From Octopus vulgaris (taxonomy: Eukaryota), in the NCBI GenBank assembly GCA_951406725.2, contig OX597826.1:48174001-48238000 (forward strand): a stretch of 64,000 nt of DNA, written 5' to 3'. The notes beneath the pieces are model-generated. The model was given only the letters and a program-made list of their open reading frames with translations. It was not told where the DNA came from and did not search any database. Position 1 is the stretch's first letter, and each line of letters starts with the position of its first letter. Shown piece after piece: positions 44,305 to 57,738 of this stretch. Made by a program: the position numbers and the translations under genes.

Positions 44305-44600
44305 GCAACCATCCACCCCGATCTCTCACCCACTTTGCTGCTAGTAGTACATATTTGTAATAACATGATAACAAATAGGTTTCATTCATTGAGTTCCTTG
44401 CTTACCCCAGCTTCCTTATTTCCATCTGTTGAGGTGGAAAGTACTCACGCTCTGTATCCCTCTCTTTCTTCTTCTTCTTCTTCTTCTTCTTCTTCTTCTT
44501 CTTCTTCTTCTTCTTCTTCTTCTTCTTCTTCTTCTTCTTCTTCTTCTTCTTCTTTGTTTCTCCCCTCTCTCTTTCACCTTTGTGTGTACGTATATCTATC

Positions 44601-44632
<32 letters not shown>

Positions 44633-45061
44633 TGTATGTATGTATGCATGCATGTATGTATGCATGTATGTAAGCTTGCACGTATGTATGTATATGTATG
44701 TATGTAAGAATGTGTATACGTATGGATGAGTGTGTATGTATATATGTGTGTGTGTGAATACATATAAATGTATGTTTATGCCCGCGCGCACACATACATA
44801 AATACATATATACATACATACATATATATACATATATATGTATGAATATAGATACAAACACATGTACGTAAGTACATGTATGTATGTGCTTATGTACGTA
44901 TGCTTATGTGTGTATACATATATATGAGTGAGTGTGTGTATATACATATGTGTGTGTGTGTATATACATATGTGTGTGTGTATGCATTGTACGTGTGTGT
45001 GCGTGTGTATCGTATATGTCTAGTTGTCTATGCATGTATGTGTGTATATGTGTGTATGTTT

Positions 45062-45112
<51 letters not shown>

Positions 45113-45720
45113 CGTGCGTCTTTAATACACTCAATACTTAAACGACATTCTTCACAACAGCCAGCAGAAGAAGAACGGTAAAAACAAAAGGAGATTCTTT
45201 TAGTCGAGATTTTACAGATTTGAAAAAAAAAACAACACTTTTATCTCACCGATGCACTTGTTACAATTAGTTTTTAAAAGCAGGTACTCGTGTCCCCCAT
45301 CCCACACCCATCTCTATACAGACTTGCTTAACATTACAATAACGTTCAGAAACTTTCAGTTTAACCCAGTATCTTAACCCCTTTTTGTCTGCAACATCCC
45401 TTAATTTTTTAATAATTGCTTCTCTTATCAGTGAAAAAAGCTTTCCTGTGTGTTTTGGATCCCCCTTAAAAGCTTGTAATACAAGGAATGCGGAAATGTG
45501 TATGAGAGAGAGAGAGGGGCAGAGAGAGACAGAGACGAGTATGACTCACGTTGATGGGCTAACGTTCAACATGCGTCTCATCAATAGACTGGATAACAGC
45601 TGGAAGAAAGTATCCACTTTAATCGTGGATCTATTGGAGATGTCCTTTATTGAACCGATCTGCTGTTGGCATCTCTCATTTGAAATTTAGTTTTCTTGCT
45701 TGTTATTGTTGTTTTCATAA

Positions 45721-46170
45721 TTTGGTTTGGCTTGGCTTCATGTTCTTGTTTCATGGGCTGAGGTCATTCCAAGTTCGTGGTCGGTCCCAGAAGCGTTATC
45801 ATGCGTAGGGCCGACCAAGTCCGCCAGTGCTTGCCATCGCTGCTGGTCCTGCACCAGCCCCTCTTCATCCTCCCAGGTGACGGCGAGCCTCTGAACATCT
45901 TTTCTAATCACGTTCTGCCACCTGATACGGGGCCTTCTGCGAGCCCTCTCCCAGGCCGCAGCTGCTGCGTCGTATCAGAGTAAACCTCTTGGTAGAATGA
46001 TCTAGCGGGTGATGGAGAAGATGTCTGTACTAACACATGCGACGGATAGCTATGAGGTGGGAGGCTGCGTGCGAGCACATAGTTCTTGGTTGGAAACGTG
46101 ATGGTACCATGTAATGTTCTCGTCTGTTCTCAGGGATCTGCTATCGAAGCCCTCGCCCCTCTTTGGCATA
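45721..46170 (-). mobile_element. RTE-type LINE 3' end (degenerate ORF C-terminus with AAGCC-repeat tail)
   Basis: Minus translation ...ITWYHHVSNQEL...RRRPRIRWQNVIRKDVQRLAVTWEDEEGLVQDQQRWQAL (RPRxRW...DRxxW motif); stop followed by AGCCAAGCCAAACC. Confidence 0.8.
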
Positions 46171-46264
46171 TAAATTTCCACTGCCTTCATAACTTGTCCT
46201 GTCATGCTCTTTTATTCCTATACCAAAACGTAATTAAAGAAATAATTATCGTCATTCGTATTAT

Positions 46265-46630
46265 TAAGACGGCAGAAGGCGGCTAACTAGTAGAATCGTT
46301 AGCACACCGGACGAAATGCTTTGCAGTATTTCGTCTGGTATTATATTCTGAGTTCAAATTCAGCTGGGGTCAACTTTGCCATTCATCCTTTCGGGGTTGA
46401 TAAAATAAGGACCAGTCAGGTAATTGATGTAATCAACTTACCCCCTCCCCCGAACTTGCTGGCCTTGTGCCAAAATTTGAAACAATTATTAAGACGGTGA
46501 GCTGGTAGACTCGTTAGCACGCCGGACAAAATGCTTGACAGCATTGCTTCGTGCCCTTTTCGTTCTGTGGCCAAATTTCTCCGAGGTTAACTTTGCCTTG
46601 CATCCTTTCGGGTCGATAAAATAATTACCA
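46265..46630 (+). mobile_element. Two SINE family A copies
   Basis: Head and core matches; the second is truncated at the PLE fragment. Confidence 0.85.
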
Positions 46631-46639
46631 GGGCGTGAT

Positions 46640-47345
46640 GCTAATAACACGCAAATATATTTCTCCTCATGAATTTTGAGTATTGAAAGTGTATCAGATT
46701 CAGAATATTTTCTGAGAATATGCACTTCCAAGTCTTTTTCAAAATTGCAGCCTCTTGATGTTCGGCAAGTTCTGTCGAACTACTGTTATTGCGCCTGACA
46801 TCGTACTTGTGCCCATTAAATATTTTGTTTAATTGTTCTGTTGTACAACCAACATAAATCAAGTTGTGTTTCGTGCATTCTGCTGCGCACACCAAATGGG
46901 AATCTCTACATGTCCCACCTTCTATATAGATCATAACATTTCTGTTATGATTCCTGATGGAAGTCACTTGACTCATATTGTCGTACAATGAACAGGGCTT
47001 ACCTCACTTGCAGCTGTTTTTCAAGGTACAGCGTGCAGATATTCCAATGTTCGTTTTCTTGGAGTCAGAAGTAGAGGTTAATAGTTCTGTTATATTCTTA
47101 TCCCGTCTAAAGGTTACAATAGATGGCTGAGGAAATATCTGTTTGAAACAAGGATATTTTTCCGCAACATGCTGATAACTTTCATGCAACACTTTTGAAA
47201 TGCCAGCGATATGTGACAAAGGAATTTTGTCACATATTGTATTATGTCTGCTAAAATTATGCGTGAAGGTTTGGCTTTCTTTGCTAATCGCGATTCTCTG
47301 TAACCGCGTTTGACATAATGGTGTACAGAAGCATTTGCATGTTTC
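46640..47345 (-). pseudogene. Decayed Penelope-like ORF C-terminus (linker + GIY-YIG)
   Basis: FKQIFPQPSIVTFRRDKNITELL; HLVCAAECTKHNLIYVGCTTEQLNKIFNGHKYDVRR..ELAEH; frameshifted. Confidence 0.85.
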
Positions 47346-47349
47346 CAAT

Positions 47350-47830
47350 AATCCTCAACGTCAGACTGAAAAAGACTTTTGAAAAAGACTTGAAAGTGCG
47401 TATTCTCAGAAAGTATTCTGAATCTGATACACTTTCAATACTTAAAATGCATGAGGGGAAATATGTTTTCAGGGTATTAACATTATGCCCTGGAGGAATG
47501 AATAAGATGACAGAAAAATTTCATCAAATTTACACAGAACAGTTTGATTAAATATTCTTCTCCTTTTTCCATTTCTTTTTTTCTTTCCTTTTCTCTTTTT
47601 TCTTTCTTTTTCTTTTCGCCAGTTATAAAATTGAAACTTCAAGACTGATGATGCCATTCCATCAGCGTGTGGACGCTGGTTGCTCTCATTCATATTTTAG
47701 ATTTGTATTTCTATAATTTTCAATTTTTATCACTTTTCATTTCGAACTCGACAAGCACAGGCTTGCTGTCGAAATATCGTTCAACCAATAGAACGTCTAT
47801 TGCAATAGCATCGCGCTCTGCCTCTTGTCT
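47350..47830 (+). mobile_element. Inverted copy of the same PLE 3' end (GIY-YIG C-terminus + 3' UTR)
   Basis: 47377-47470 is the reverse complement of about 46650-46745; translates FEKDLKVRILRKY..HEGKYVFRVLTLCPGGMN (TLxPxGLN-type end); stop at 47551. Confidence 0.8.
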
Positions 47831-48007
47831 ATTATTATTGTTGTTGTTGTTGTTGATGATGATGATGATGATGATGATAATGATGATGCTGTTGTTGTTA
47901 TACGTTTGACTTTTGCTTTGTATTAGTACAAGTTGGCTCCAAGTCTCACCCAGAGATATCAAGAGACAACAAGTTAGAAGTTCATGTTGGTGTTATGCCT
48001 AGGGTTA

Positions 48008-48054
<47 letters not shown>

Positions 48055-48095
48055 TATTATTATTAATATTCTTATTATTATTATCATCATCGTCA

Positions 48096-48149
<54 letters not shown>

Positions 48150-49540
48150 TGCGGTGATGAGCAGGCAAAAACTGTTAGCACGCCGTTCTTTACGTTTCTG
48201 AGTTTAAATTCTGTCAAGGTTGACTTTGCCTTTCTTCCTTTCGAGGTCGATGACATAAGTATCAGCCAAGTACTGGAGTCGGCGTAATCGACTTCCCCAC
48301 CCCTCAAAATCTGCCGGCACTGTGCCAAAATTTGAAATCAGTATTGTTGTTGATGTTGTTGCTTTGGAATTTGGCTTGTTCTTTCCAATACTATTTTATC
48401 GATTTTTCGGATTTCCATAAACGTGCAAAGCACCTGTCTAAGTGAAGGTTTAGTCACATCTCACTTGAGAGGGAGGTCTTTATTTTAGTTTTCATACAAC
48501 ATTTACGCCACTTCAAATCAACATGCATGCATATGTGCACGCATGCGTGTTTGTGCATGCATGTGTTCATCGTGAGTATGTGTGAATGTAAGAGTTAGGC
48601 AATTTAAACACTCGATGAATAGGGAACGATAAAATTGGTACCTGTCCGAAACAATTCAATAAATGAGGTTAATATTATTAACTAAAGCGGCTTATTGGCA
48701 GAATCGTTATCATGTCGGGCAAAATGCTTAGCGGCATTTCGTCCGTCTTTACGTTCTGAGTTCAAATTCCGCCACGGTCAACTCTGTCTTTCATCTTTTT
48801 TAGGTTCGATAAAATAAGTATCAGGGTCGATGTAATCAATTTAAACCCCTCCCCACCCCGAAAAAATTTCAGGCCTTGTGCCTATAGTATAAAGGATTGT
48901 TATTATTATTGTTGAGTTCCTGAGGCTGTGAGCTGACAGACTCGTTAGCACGCCGGGCGAAATGCTTCGCGGTATTTTGTCTGCCACTACGTTCTGAGTT
49001 CAAATTCCGCAGAGGTCGACTTTGCCTTTCATCCTTTCGGGGTCGATTAAATAAGTACCAGTTACGCACTGGCGTCGATATAAACGACTTAATCCGTCTG
49101 TCTGTCTGTCCTTGTTTGTTCCCTCTGTGTTTAGCCCCTTGTGGGTAGTAATGAAATAGGTATTTCGTCTGCCGTTACGTTCTGAGTTCAAATTCCGCCG
49201 AGGTCGACTTTGCCTTTCATCCTTTCGGGGTAGATTAAATAAGTACCAGTTACGCACTGGGGTCGATGTTATAGACTTAATCCGTTTGTCTGTCCTTGTT
49301 ACTCCCTTCTATGTTTAGCCCCTTGTGGGCAATAAAGAAATAGGAAGCGTTAGCACTCCGGCCAAAATGCTTAGTGACATTTCGTTCGTCTTTTCGTTCT
49401 GAGATCCAATTCTGCCGAGGTCAGCTTTGCGTTTCATCCTTTCGAGATCGATAAAATAAGTACCAGTTGAGTACTGGAGTCAACGTAACCGACTTACCTT
49501 CTCCCTTAAAATTGCTCACCTAGTGCCAAAATTTAAAATC
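48150..49540 (+). mobile_element. SINE family A cluster incl. tandem trimer (48922-49540)
   Basis: Five cores; junctions GAAATA|GGTATTTCG and AAAGAAATA|GGAAGCGTTAG. Confidence 0.88.
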
Positions 49541-50067
49541 ACTATTATTGACTAGCAGATCATACTATAAGACGGCTGTGCATAAATGCCTGAAACCAAT
49601 TAAAATTCTTTATTCAAAAGAATTCAAAAGAATAAAATAATTGCACTACTTTACAAAAATTTCTTCTTCATTCTTCTTTGCTCGCCATTATTTTCCGTAT
49701 TTTCCATGTACACCCCTGAGAGGAATCATTTGATGGTGCAGAAAGCCCTGAGAGAAAATACGGGAGAGGAGCCTTTTTTGCTGAAACCCTGTCAAGAAAA
49801 TTACGCCATTTTCAGGCAACAGCACACAGAGAAAATATGATGGCTACGTTGCTTTTCTAACGAAAGTTAAATATCAGTAGTCGGCTTCCTTTAAATCCTA
49901 GTAGCTTAAGGGTTTTTAAGTGCTATTGAAATAAAGATCTGTCTTTTGATTTAGATGCGGCTAAAACTTTACTCATTGTTAACATCTTAACTAGATACGT
50001 ACGTATTATATGTGTCTATGTAAGCTCGAACAATCGACATTTGAGTAAACTATCATATTTGTGTATT

Positions 50068-50109
<42 letters not shown>

Positions 50110-50285
50110 TGTATATGTGTGTGTATGCATGTGTGTATAATTAATTTTACAGATGTACAAACAAACAACAGTTGTTACTAAATACTTAGCACCAAATGTA
50201 AAGTAAGAAATCAAACAAAGAATAAATGCTGCGCAAATTCAAGAATTACCATTCTACAATAGTTTTCTTCATTCGAATTTATATA

Positions 50286-50360
<75 letters not shown>

Positions 50361-50535
50361 GTAAAATATATGTGCGTATATACTAAATATGTGCTTGTAT
50401 GAATATATTTTTATATATATATCTATACATATGTACATAAATGTGTATACGTACATATACACATACAGTATGTACGTGTATATACATATATACATATATA
50501 CATATATACATATATATATATTATATATGTATGTA

Positions 50536-50688
<153 letters not shown>

Positions 50689-52031
50689 CTGAATGAATGG
50701 ATGGCTTGATAGATGGAGGGATACATATATATAATACATATATGTATATATATACAGACACATATACACATATATACTTACACACACATATATAGGTGAT
50801 ATATTCACATATACACATGCATATGAGTGCATAAACAAGATATATGTGATGCATGCATATATGTGTATGTGTATATAAATATACACAGATGCGTGCATAC
50901 ATACACATACACACATACATACACACATACACACGCATACATACACATACATACATACATACATAATACATACATAATACATACATACATACATACATAC
51001 ATACATGCATACATACATACATACATACATACATACATACATACATACATACATACATACATACATACAAAACATAACATACATACACACACATACATAT
51101 GTATATTGTTGGATGTAAAGAAAGAAATCAATGTGTAAAGAGAATTAACAATTCTTTGAAAAAATTCTTCCACCAATTAAATGCCATATCAGATTGCTGT
51201 GAGTGCTTGTTTCGGTTTAGACAAAGGGTGTTTTTGTGCCGGCTGAGAGCAATGAAAACAAACAACAACAGGGCATAAACAAACAAACAAACAAACAAAA
51301 CACAAAAGAAGGCAGATTATATATGAAGGAATTGAGAAAGAAGAAATGGTAAAGAGAAAAAAAATGGTTAAAAAAAATACAGTAAAGCACCAGTGACCAA
51401 GAAGAAATATCAGGAAGTTGAGAGAAAAAATGAAACTGCGTTGGATTCAGTGTGTTGTTTCAAAACCAAAGAAGGAATACAATGTTAATGCTATTATACA
51501 AACATAATGGTAAAAAGAATCAGCCTTTCCGTTAGTCACGTAGTCAACTATCCAATCAAATCGTCCGTCAGACAACCAGCGGTTATTGTACACAGTTCTG
51601 TGAGACAAAAACCTGCCTTCATGAAATGGATATTCTTCAAGAGGCAAGTAGGGCAGCAACAGATAAGGATGCGAAACAAGCTCTTGTGATGTTGCTTGTG
51701 ATGGAAAGGTCTGTACGCTCACAACTTCTGTTTCACCCTTTCCTAGACATCCGTGTTTTTTTCCCTACCGAACCGTACTTCTCCTTTAAGCGAACGCAAT
51801 TGAACCATGTTAATTCCACTCCTTAAAGGAAGCGGTGGAAAGAGAAAGAAGATGATGATGATGATGAGAAGGAGAAGGAGGAGGAAGAAGAAGAGGAGGA
51901 GAGGAGGAAAAGGACGACGACGACGAAGAAGAGGAGAAAGAGTGTTTGTTTCTTTGGTCAAATAAACAACACTAAAAACAACAACAACAGAGTGACTATA
52001 TGTGTATAAGCATATGTTTATGTACATATAT

Positions 52032-52877
52032 AGGCGCATGCGTGCCTGTGTGGTTAGAAGCTTGCTTCCCGAGCACATGGTTTCGGGTTCAGTCCCACAT
52101 CGTGACATCTTCGGCAGGTGTTTCTGCTATAGCCCCGGGCCGACAAAAGCCTTGTGAGTGGATTTGGTAGACGGAAACTGAAAGAAACCCATCGTACATA
52201 CGTGTGTGTGTGCGTGTGTGTCTGTATCTGTGTGTCTGTGTTTGTGCCCCACCATCGCTTGACACTCGTTGTTGGTGTGTTTACGTCCCCGTAACTTAGC
52301 GGTTTGGCAAAGGAAACGGGATAGAATAAATACTAGACTTGCAAAAAATAAGTCCTGGGGTCGATTTCCCCAATAACAAAAAAATCCTTTACGGCTGTGC
52401 TCCAACATGGCCGCAGTTAACTGACTGATGCAAGTAAAAGAATAAAAGACTATAAGATGGTGCGTGGCTAAATTGTTAGGATATTCGACTCACGGTTGTG
52501 AGTTCGATACTAGGTGACACCTTGCTCCAGTTCACTCAGCTGTCAAAAATGAGTAGTACCTATTATTTCGAAAGGCCAGCACTGTCACGTTGAATCTCCA
52601 GAAGAGCTAAATTAACTGTACGTGTGTATGTGGAGTACTCAGCCATTTGTACGTTAATTTATATATATATTTACAATTTAAAAATAGGATAAAATCTTTA
52701 TAAGAATTTATAGGCGCAGGAGTGGCTGTGTGGTAAGTAGCTTGCTTACCAACCACATGGTTCCGGGTTCATTCCCACTGCGTGGCACTTTGGGCAAGTG
52801 TCTTCTACTATAGCCTCGGGCCGACCAAAGCCTTGTGAGTGGATTTGGTAGACGGAAACTGGAAGTAGCCCGTCGTA

Positions 52878-52942
<65 letters not shown>

Positions 52943-53155
52943 TTATGTATGTATGTATGTATATGTTTGTGTGTCTGTGTTTGTCCCCCCACCATTGCTT
53001 GACAACCGATGAATTTAGCGGTTCAGCAAAAGAGACTGATAGAACAAGTACTAGGCTTACAAAGAATAAGTCCTGGGGGCGATTTAATCGACTAGAAGGC
53101 GGTGCTCCAGCATGGCCGCAGTCAAATGACTAAAACAGGTAAAAGAGTAAAGAGT
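52032..53155 (+). mobile_element. SINE family B (52032-52450), family D (about 52457-52660), family B (52710-53155)
   Basis: Family-diagnostic heads, CORE-like block and tails. Confidence 0.88.
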
Positions 53156-53199
53156 AAGTAGTTAGCGTGGAAAACCTCATAAGGGAAAAATTTATTAAT

Positions 53200-53358
53200 T
53201 ATATGGAGACCTGAGAACTGAGATCGCTAAGATGTGGCAACTACGAGAGTCGAACATAAAGGGTATCCCTATTGTCATCGAAGAATTGAGTTCAATACTA
53301 CCCAGTCAGAAAAAAAACATCTCAAAACCTTAGAAATACCCTACAATCTAGATGTATA
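53200..53358 (+). mobile_element. R4/Dong-like LINE fragment, cut by the mariner insertion
   Basis: YGDLRTEIAKMWQLRESNIKGIPIVIEEL; nucleotide match to the reverse complement of 56455-56600. Confidence 0.75.
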
Positions 53359-53360
53359 TA

Positions 53361-54277
53361 CGAGGGAGTACCAGAAAACCGGAATTTTGCATTACTATTT
53401 TATCCATTTAGCTTTAGATGCTTACACTTTTGCTGCCTTCAAAGTATTCTCCATTTGAAGCAATGCATCGGTCCAGACACGTTTTCTACTGTTCGAAGCA
53501 GTGATGGAAGTCTTGCGAAGTGATGTTTTTCACGCTTTTTTCGTTCCTTTTTTTTTTTTTATCATCTCTTCCACATCTGCAAATTCCGTAGCACCAGCTT
53601 TCAACACCAATGATGACATTCGAAAAAAGGTCCGGATCAATTTCAACTATCCCTTCAGTTTACGACACACGTTCAGTCGTGACTGCTTTTCATTTTCCGT
53701 GAGCAAGCGAGTCACAAATTTTGCTGCAATTCCAGTCATTCGCAATCCCTAACTCAAAATTCGTTGGCAGGAACTCCAGGATACACCAGTCAAAGCAACA
53801 AGTTCGTAAATCTTTTGGTGACGGTTTTCCAAGATCAGTTTATGAATTTTCATGATGGTTTCATTTTTGTGCGGTAGATCGACGGTCGCTCTGGACGAGG
53901 TTGGTCTCCAAGCGACAAGCGACCTTTTCTTAAAGCGAGAAAACCGCTCGAAAAATTTGTGTTTTGCGCATGGCATTTACAAGGACGTAAGCTGTTTGAA
54001 ACATGAAAACTCTTTCAGCCACCGTTTTCCCCAGCAGAAAACAGAATTTCACAGAAGCACGCTATTCCTTCGTTTCAGCCATCGCAAAAATCAACGAACA
54101 TGGGGGAAAACACTACAAAACAAAGACGCACCACCTGGCAGTACGACATCATTCGATGCTGCCGATTGGCAGATTGATGCCTGAGGGTTGCATTAAGTGG
54201 CTTCTAGCGGCGGAAACCTGAACTACATCAGGCTTATCCCACAAAGAATGTTTCCGATTACTTTTGGGTACCCCCTG
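53361..54277 (-). mobile_element. Mariner transposon relic with both TIRs, internally deleted
   Basis: TA|CGAGGGAGTACCAGAAA left end and TTTTGGGTACCCCCTG right end; minus translation KIHKLILENRHQKIYELVALTGVSWSSCQRILS..AAKFVTRLLT..VIIGVESWCY. Confidence 0.85.
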
Positions 54278-54429
54278 CGCAGGCGTGGCTGTGTGGTATG
54301 AAGCTTACTTCCCAATCACTTGGTTCTGAGTTCAGTCCCACTGTGTGACACCTTGGGCAAGTGTTTCTACTATAGCCGCGGGCTGACAAAGCCATGTGAA
54401 TAGATTTGGTAGACGGAAATTGAAAGAAG

Positions 54430-54472
<43 letters not shown>

Positions 54473-54820
54473 GTGTGTGTGTGAGAGTGTGTGTATGCGT
54501 ATTTGTCCCCCAGTACCGCTTGACAACCGATGTTGGTGTGTTTACGTCCCCGTAATTTACCAGTTCGGCAAAAGAGACCAACAAAATAAGTATGTTGTTG
54601 TTATAACGGCGGCGAGCTGGCAGAATCGTTAGCACGCTAGACGAAAATGCTTAACGGTGTTTCAGTCGACTTCACGTTCTGAGTCCAAATTCCGCCGAGG
54701 TCGGCTTTACCTTTTATCCTTTCGGGGACGATAAAATAAGTAACAGCTGCGTATTGGGGTCGATCTAATCGACTGGCCCCCTCCCCCAAAATTCCCGGCC
54801 TTGTGCCTAGAGTAGAAAGG
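54278..54820 (+). mobile_element. SINE family B (54278-54590) and family A (54606-54820)
   Basis: Family matches. Confidence 0.85.
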
Positions 54821-55307
54821 ATTATTATGAATTATACCCAGGAATTTTTTGGTCTTGTGCCTGTTTTGGAAATAATTATTTATAACTGCGCTTCCATTTC
54901 CTTAAAGGCAACCTTTGGATTAATCACTCCCATCACGTGACCCACTGTAAGGCCTCAAAGAGAGCTTAACATTGTGTTTCTGTTTCTTAATTTATTTCTA
55001 CATTTATAATTGGAGAAGAATTTGGAAGGCAAAGGTGTCAAAGACTATATTTACTCATCAAAAAAACTCCTGTATGTTTTTAAACAATTAGGGTTCTTTG
55101 TTTATTTACTTATTTTGTCTGCAACAACATTTACACCAGTTTTAAGTCAATACTTCTTCGCCATCTTGGTTCCTACAGAGAGAAAAAGACTATTTTTTTT
55201 GTTTTGTTTACAATCTCTTCGTTTACACATTGCTAAAATTCCAAAATTTAAGGTCAAGCCCTGTTCTTCTGGGGTTAATAGAGGGTCAAAATGCTAATTT
55301 TGTACAA

Positions 55308-55357
<50 letters not shown>

Positions 55358-55379
55358 CATCATCATCATCATCATCATC

Positions 55380-55462
<83 letters not shown>

Positions 55463-55675
55463 AAAGGCAGCGAGCTGGCAGAATCGTTTAACAAGCCGGG
55501 CGAAATGTTTAGGCTTATTTTGTCTGCCGCTACCTTCTGAGTTCAAATTCTGCCGAGGTCGATTTTGCCTTTCATCCTTTCGGGGGTTCGTAAATCAAGC
55601 ACCAGTGAAACACTGGGGTCGATGTAATTAGTCCCCTCACCCAAAATTTCAGGCCTTGTGCCAATAGTAGAAAGG
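55463..55675 (+). mobile_element. SINE family A
   Basis: Head, core and tail type 2. Confidence 0.85.
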
Positions 55676-55697
55676 ATTATTTTTATTATTATTATTA

Positions 55698-56253
55698 TTG
55701 AGTGAGAGCGCAGTGCATGCCATTAAAGTGACACTGGGGTAAAATATACGAAGCCCAGTATACCCATTATGACTACCCGTCTGATAAGGGTACACCAGGC
55801 ACATGCATCACAACCATATGTACGTGACATGGAGTCTCATATCAACATAAACGGCACATGACCTTGCAGGTGGGGCCCAGTTACAAATTTTCTTCTGGTC
55901 GAGTAACCCATCCCGCTCAAAAGGTCCCTGAATAAGGGTTGCTTAAGGGTGTTGAATGAAACACCCATGTTTCCAGAGGTGAATTATTCAAACTCCAAAG
56001 AATCCCTCTCAACACATGGCTATGATGCTCCCCCACTACTTCTGCTCGTGATCAGAGATGCACATATCGTCAGCCACTAAGGGACATGCTCAACTGGTTA
56101 TGGTCAAACAACTGACAAGAAAATCTGTGGTATTGAGCAGAATATTTGCTGTAGCCCATCTTTTATACCAAGACAAAACAATGTACATGATAACACTTCC
56201 AATCAGTTAAGATCAGAAGCCACGAGAGCCACTGCCTGGTACTGCATCAGGGC
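55698..56253. mobile_element. Unclassified ~555-bp interspersed repeat inserted in (ATT)n
   Basis: Sharp boundaries with (ATT)n on both sides; partial second copy at 22225-22400; no ORF. Confidence 0.65.
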
Positions 56254-56289
56254 TATTATTATTATTATAATTATTATTATTATTATTAT

Positions 56290-56600
56290 TAGTATAGACA
56301 TCGCATAGAATACAATATCGTGAGGTTGTTGATTGAAGATATTGTGTCTACTGGGGTTTATACTGTTTATCAAGTTACAACAAGGACCTCAGACAAATAG
56401 TACTTTACGCAATATGCGTGAAGTTCCAAGTAATGCCAATTTTTGCAATACATTTAGATTGTAAGGTATTTCTAAAGTTTTCAGATGTTTTTTCAGATCG
56501 GGTGGTATTGAACCCAATGCTCCGATGACAATAGGGATAACCTTTATGTTCTACTCTCGTAGCTGTCACATCTTAGCGATCTCAATTCTCAGGTCTCCAT
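56290..56600 (-). mobile_element. R4/Dong-clade LINE 3' end ending in (TAA)n
   Basis: Minus translation GDLRIEIAKM...NIKVIPIVIGALGSIPPDLKKHLKTLEI..LQKLALLGTSRILRKVL (RLE C-terminus); short 3' UTR, then (TAA)n. Confidence 0.85.
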
Positions 56601-57027
56601 GTGTGTAAATACATACGCATACACACATGTTGGATTTCTTTCAGTTTCTTCACTACCAAATAAACTCACGAGGCTTTTTGCTGGCCCAGGGCACTATAGT
56701 AAAAGGCATTTGGCCAATGTAGTGTACAGTAGGGCTGAACCCCAAACTACAAGGTTACAAAGCAAAATTCTCAACCCCATGGCCATCCCTTCGCAACGTA
56801 TCTTTTTTCTTTTCTTTGTTTTGGTCATTAGACTGCGGCCATGCTGGAGCACTGTCTTGAAGAATTTTTAGTCGAATATATCAACTCCATTACTTTTTAT
56901 CCTGTTTTTCTAAGCATGGGACTTATTCTATCGATCTCTTTTGACAAACTGCTAAGTTACAGAGAATAAACACACCCACACCAGTTGTCAAAATGGTGGA
57001 GCAGGGACAAACGCAGACTCAATTACA

Positions 57028-57078
<51 letters not shown>

Positions 57079-57487
57079 GTCTGTATACACACATACACAT
57101 ATATACGACTCACAAGGTATCGGTCGGCCCAAGACTGCAATAAATAACACTTGCCCAAGATGCCACCCGATAGGACTGAACCCGGAACCATGTGGTTGGG
57201 AAGTATGCTTCTTACCACACAGCCACACCTGTGCCGACATCAAATATACAAAACTATATAACATATACTCTCTTTTACTTGTTTCAGTCATTTGACTGTG
57301 GCCATGTTGGAGCACCGCTTTTGGTCGAGCAAATCGACCCTAGGACTTATTCTTTATAAGCCTAGTACTTATTCTATCAGTTGCTTTTGCAGAACTGCTA
57401 AGTTACGGGGACGTAAACACACCAGCATCGGTTGTCAAGCGATGTTGTGGGGACGAACACAGACACACAAACATATACACACACGTA

Positions 57488-57537
<50 letters not shown>

Positions 57538-57542
<5 letters not shown>

Positions 57543-57738
57543 CACGGATTTTTGTCAGTGAACAGGTCGCGGTCTTATAGCGACGAAAATATTTTGACAA
57601 ATTAAACTTAAATGTTGAAGTGAATCGAACGGCTTTTGTGTGTTTCTTAAATGGTTTACAAACACCTTCCACGCTGCAATTGTTTTCGTTCCAGCACACG
57701 ATCTCAGATCAAATGATATGCTATGCAAGTACATCTCC

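Noticed and set aside
56020-56253. Short resemblances to U1/U2 snRNA words
   Set aside because: Only scattered ~10-nt matches on inconsistent strands; no snRNA architecture.
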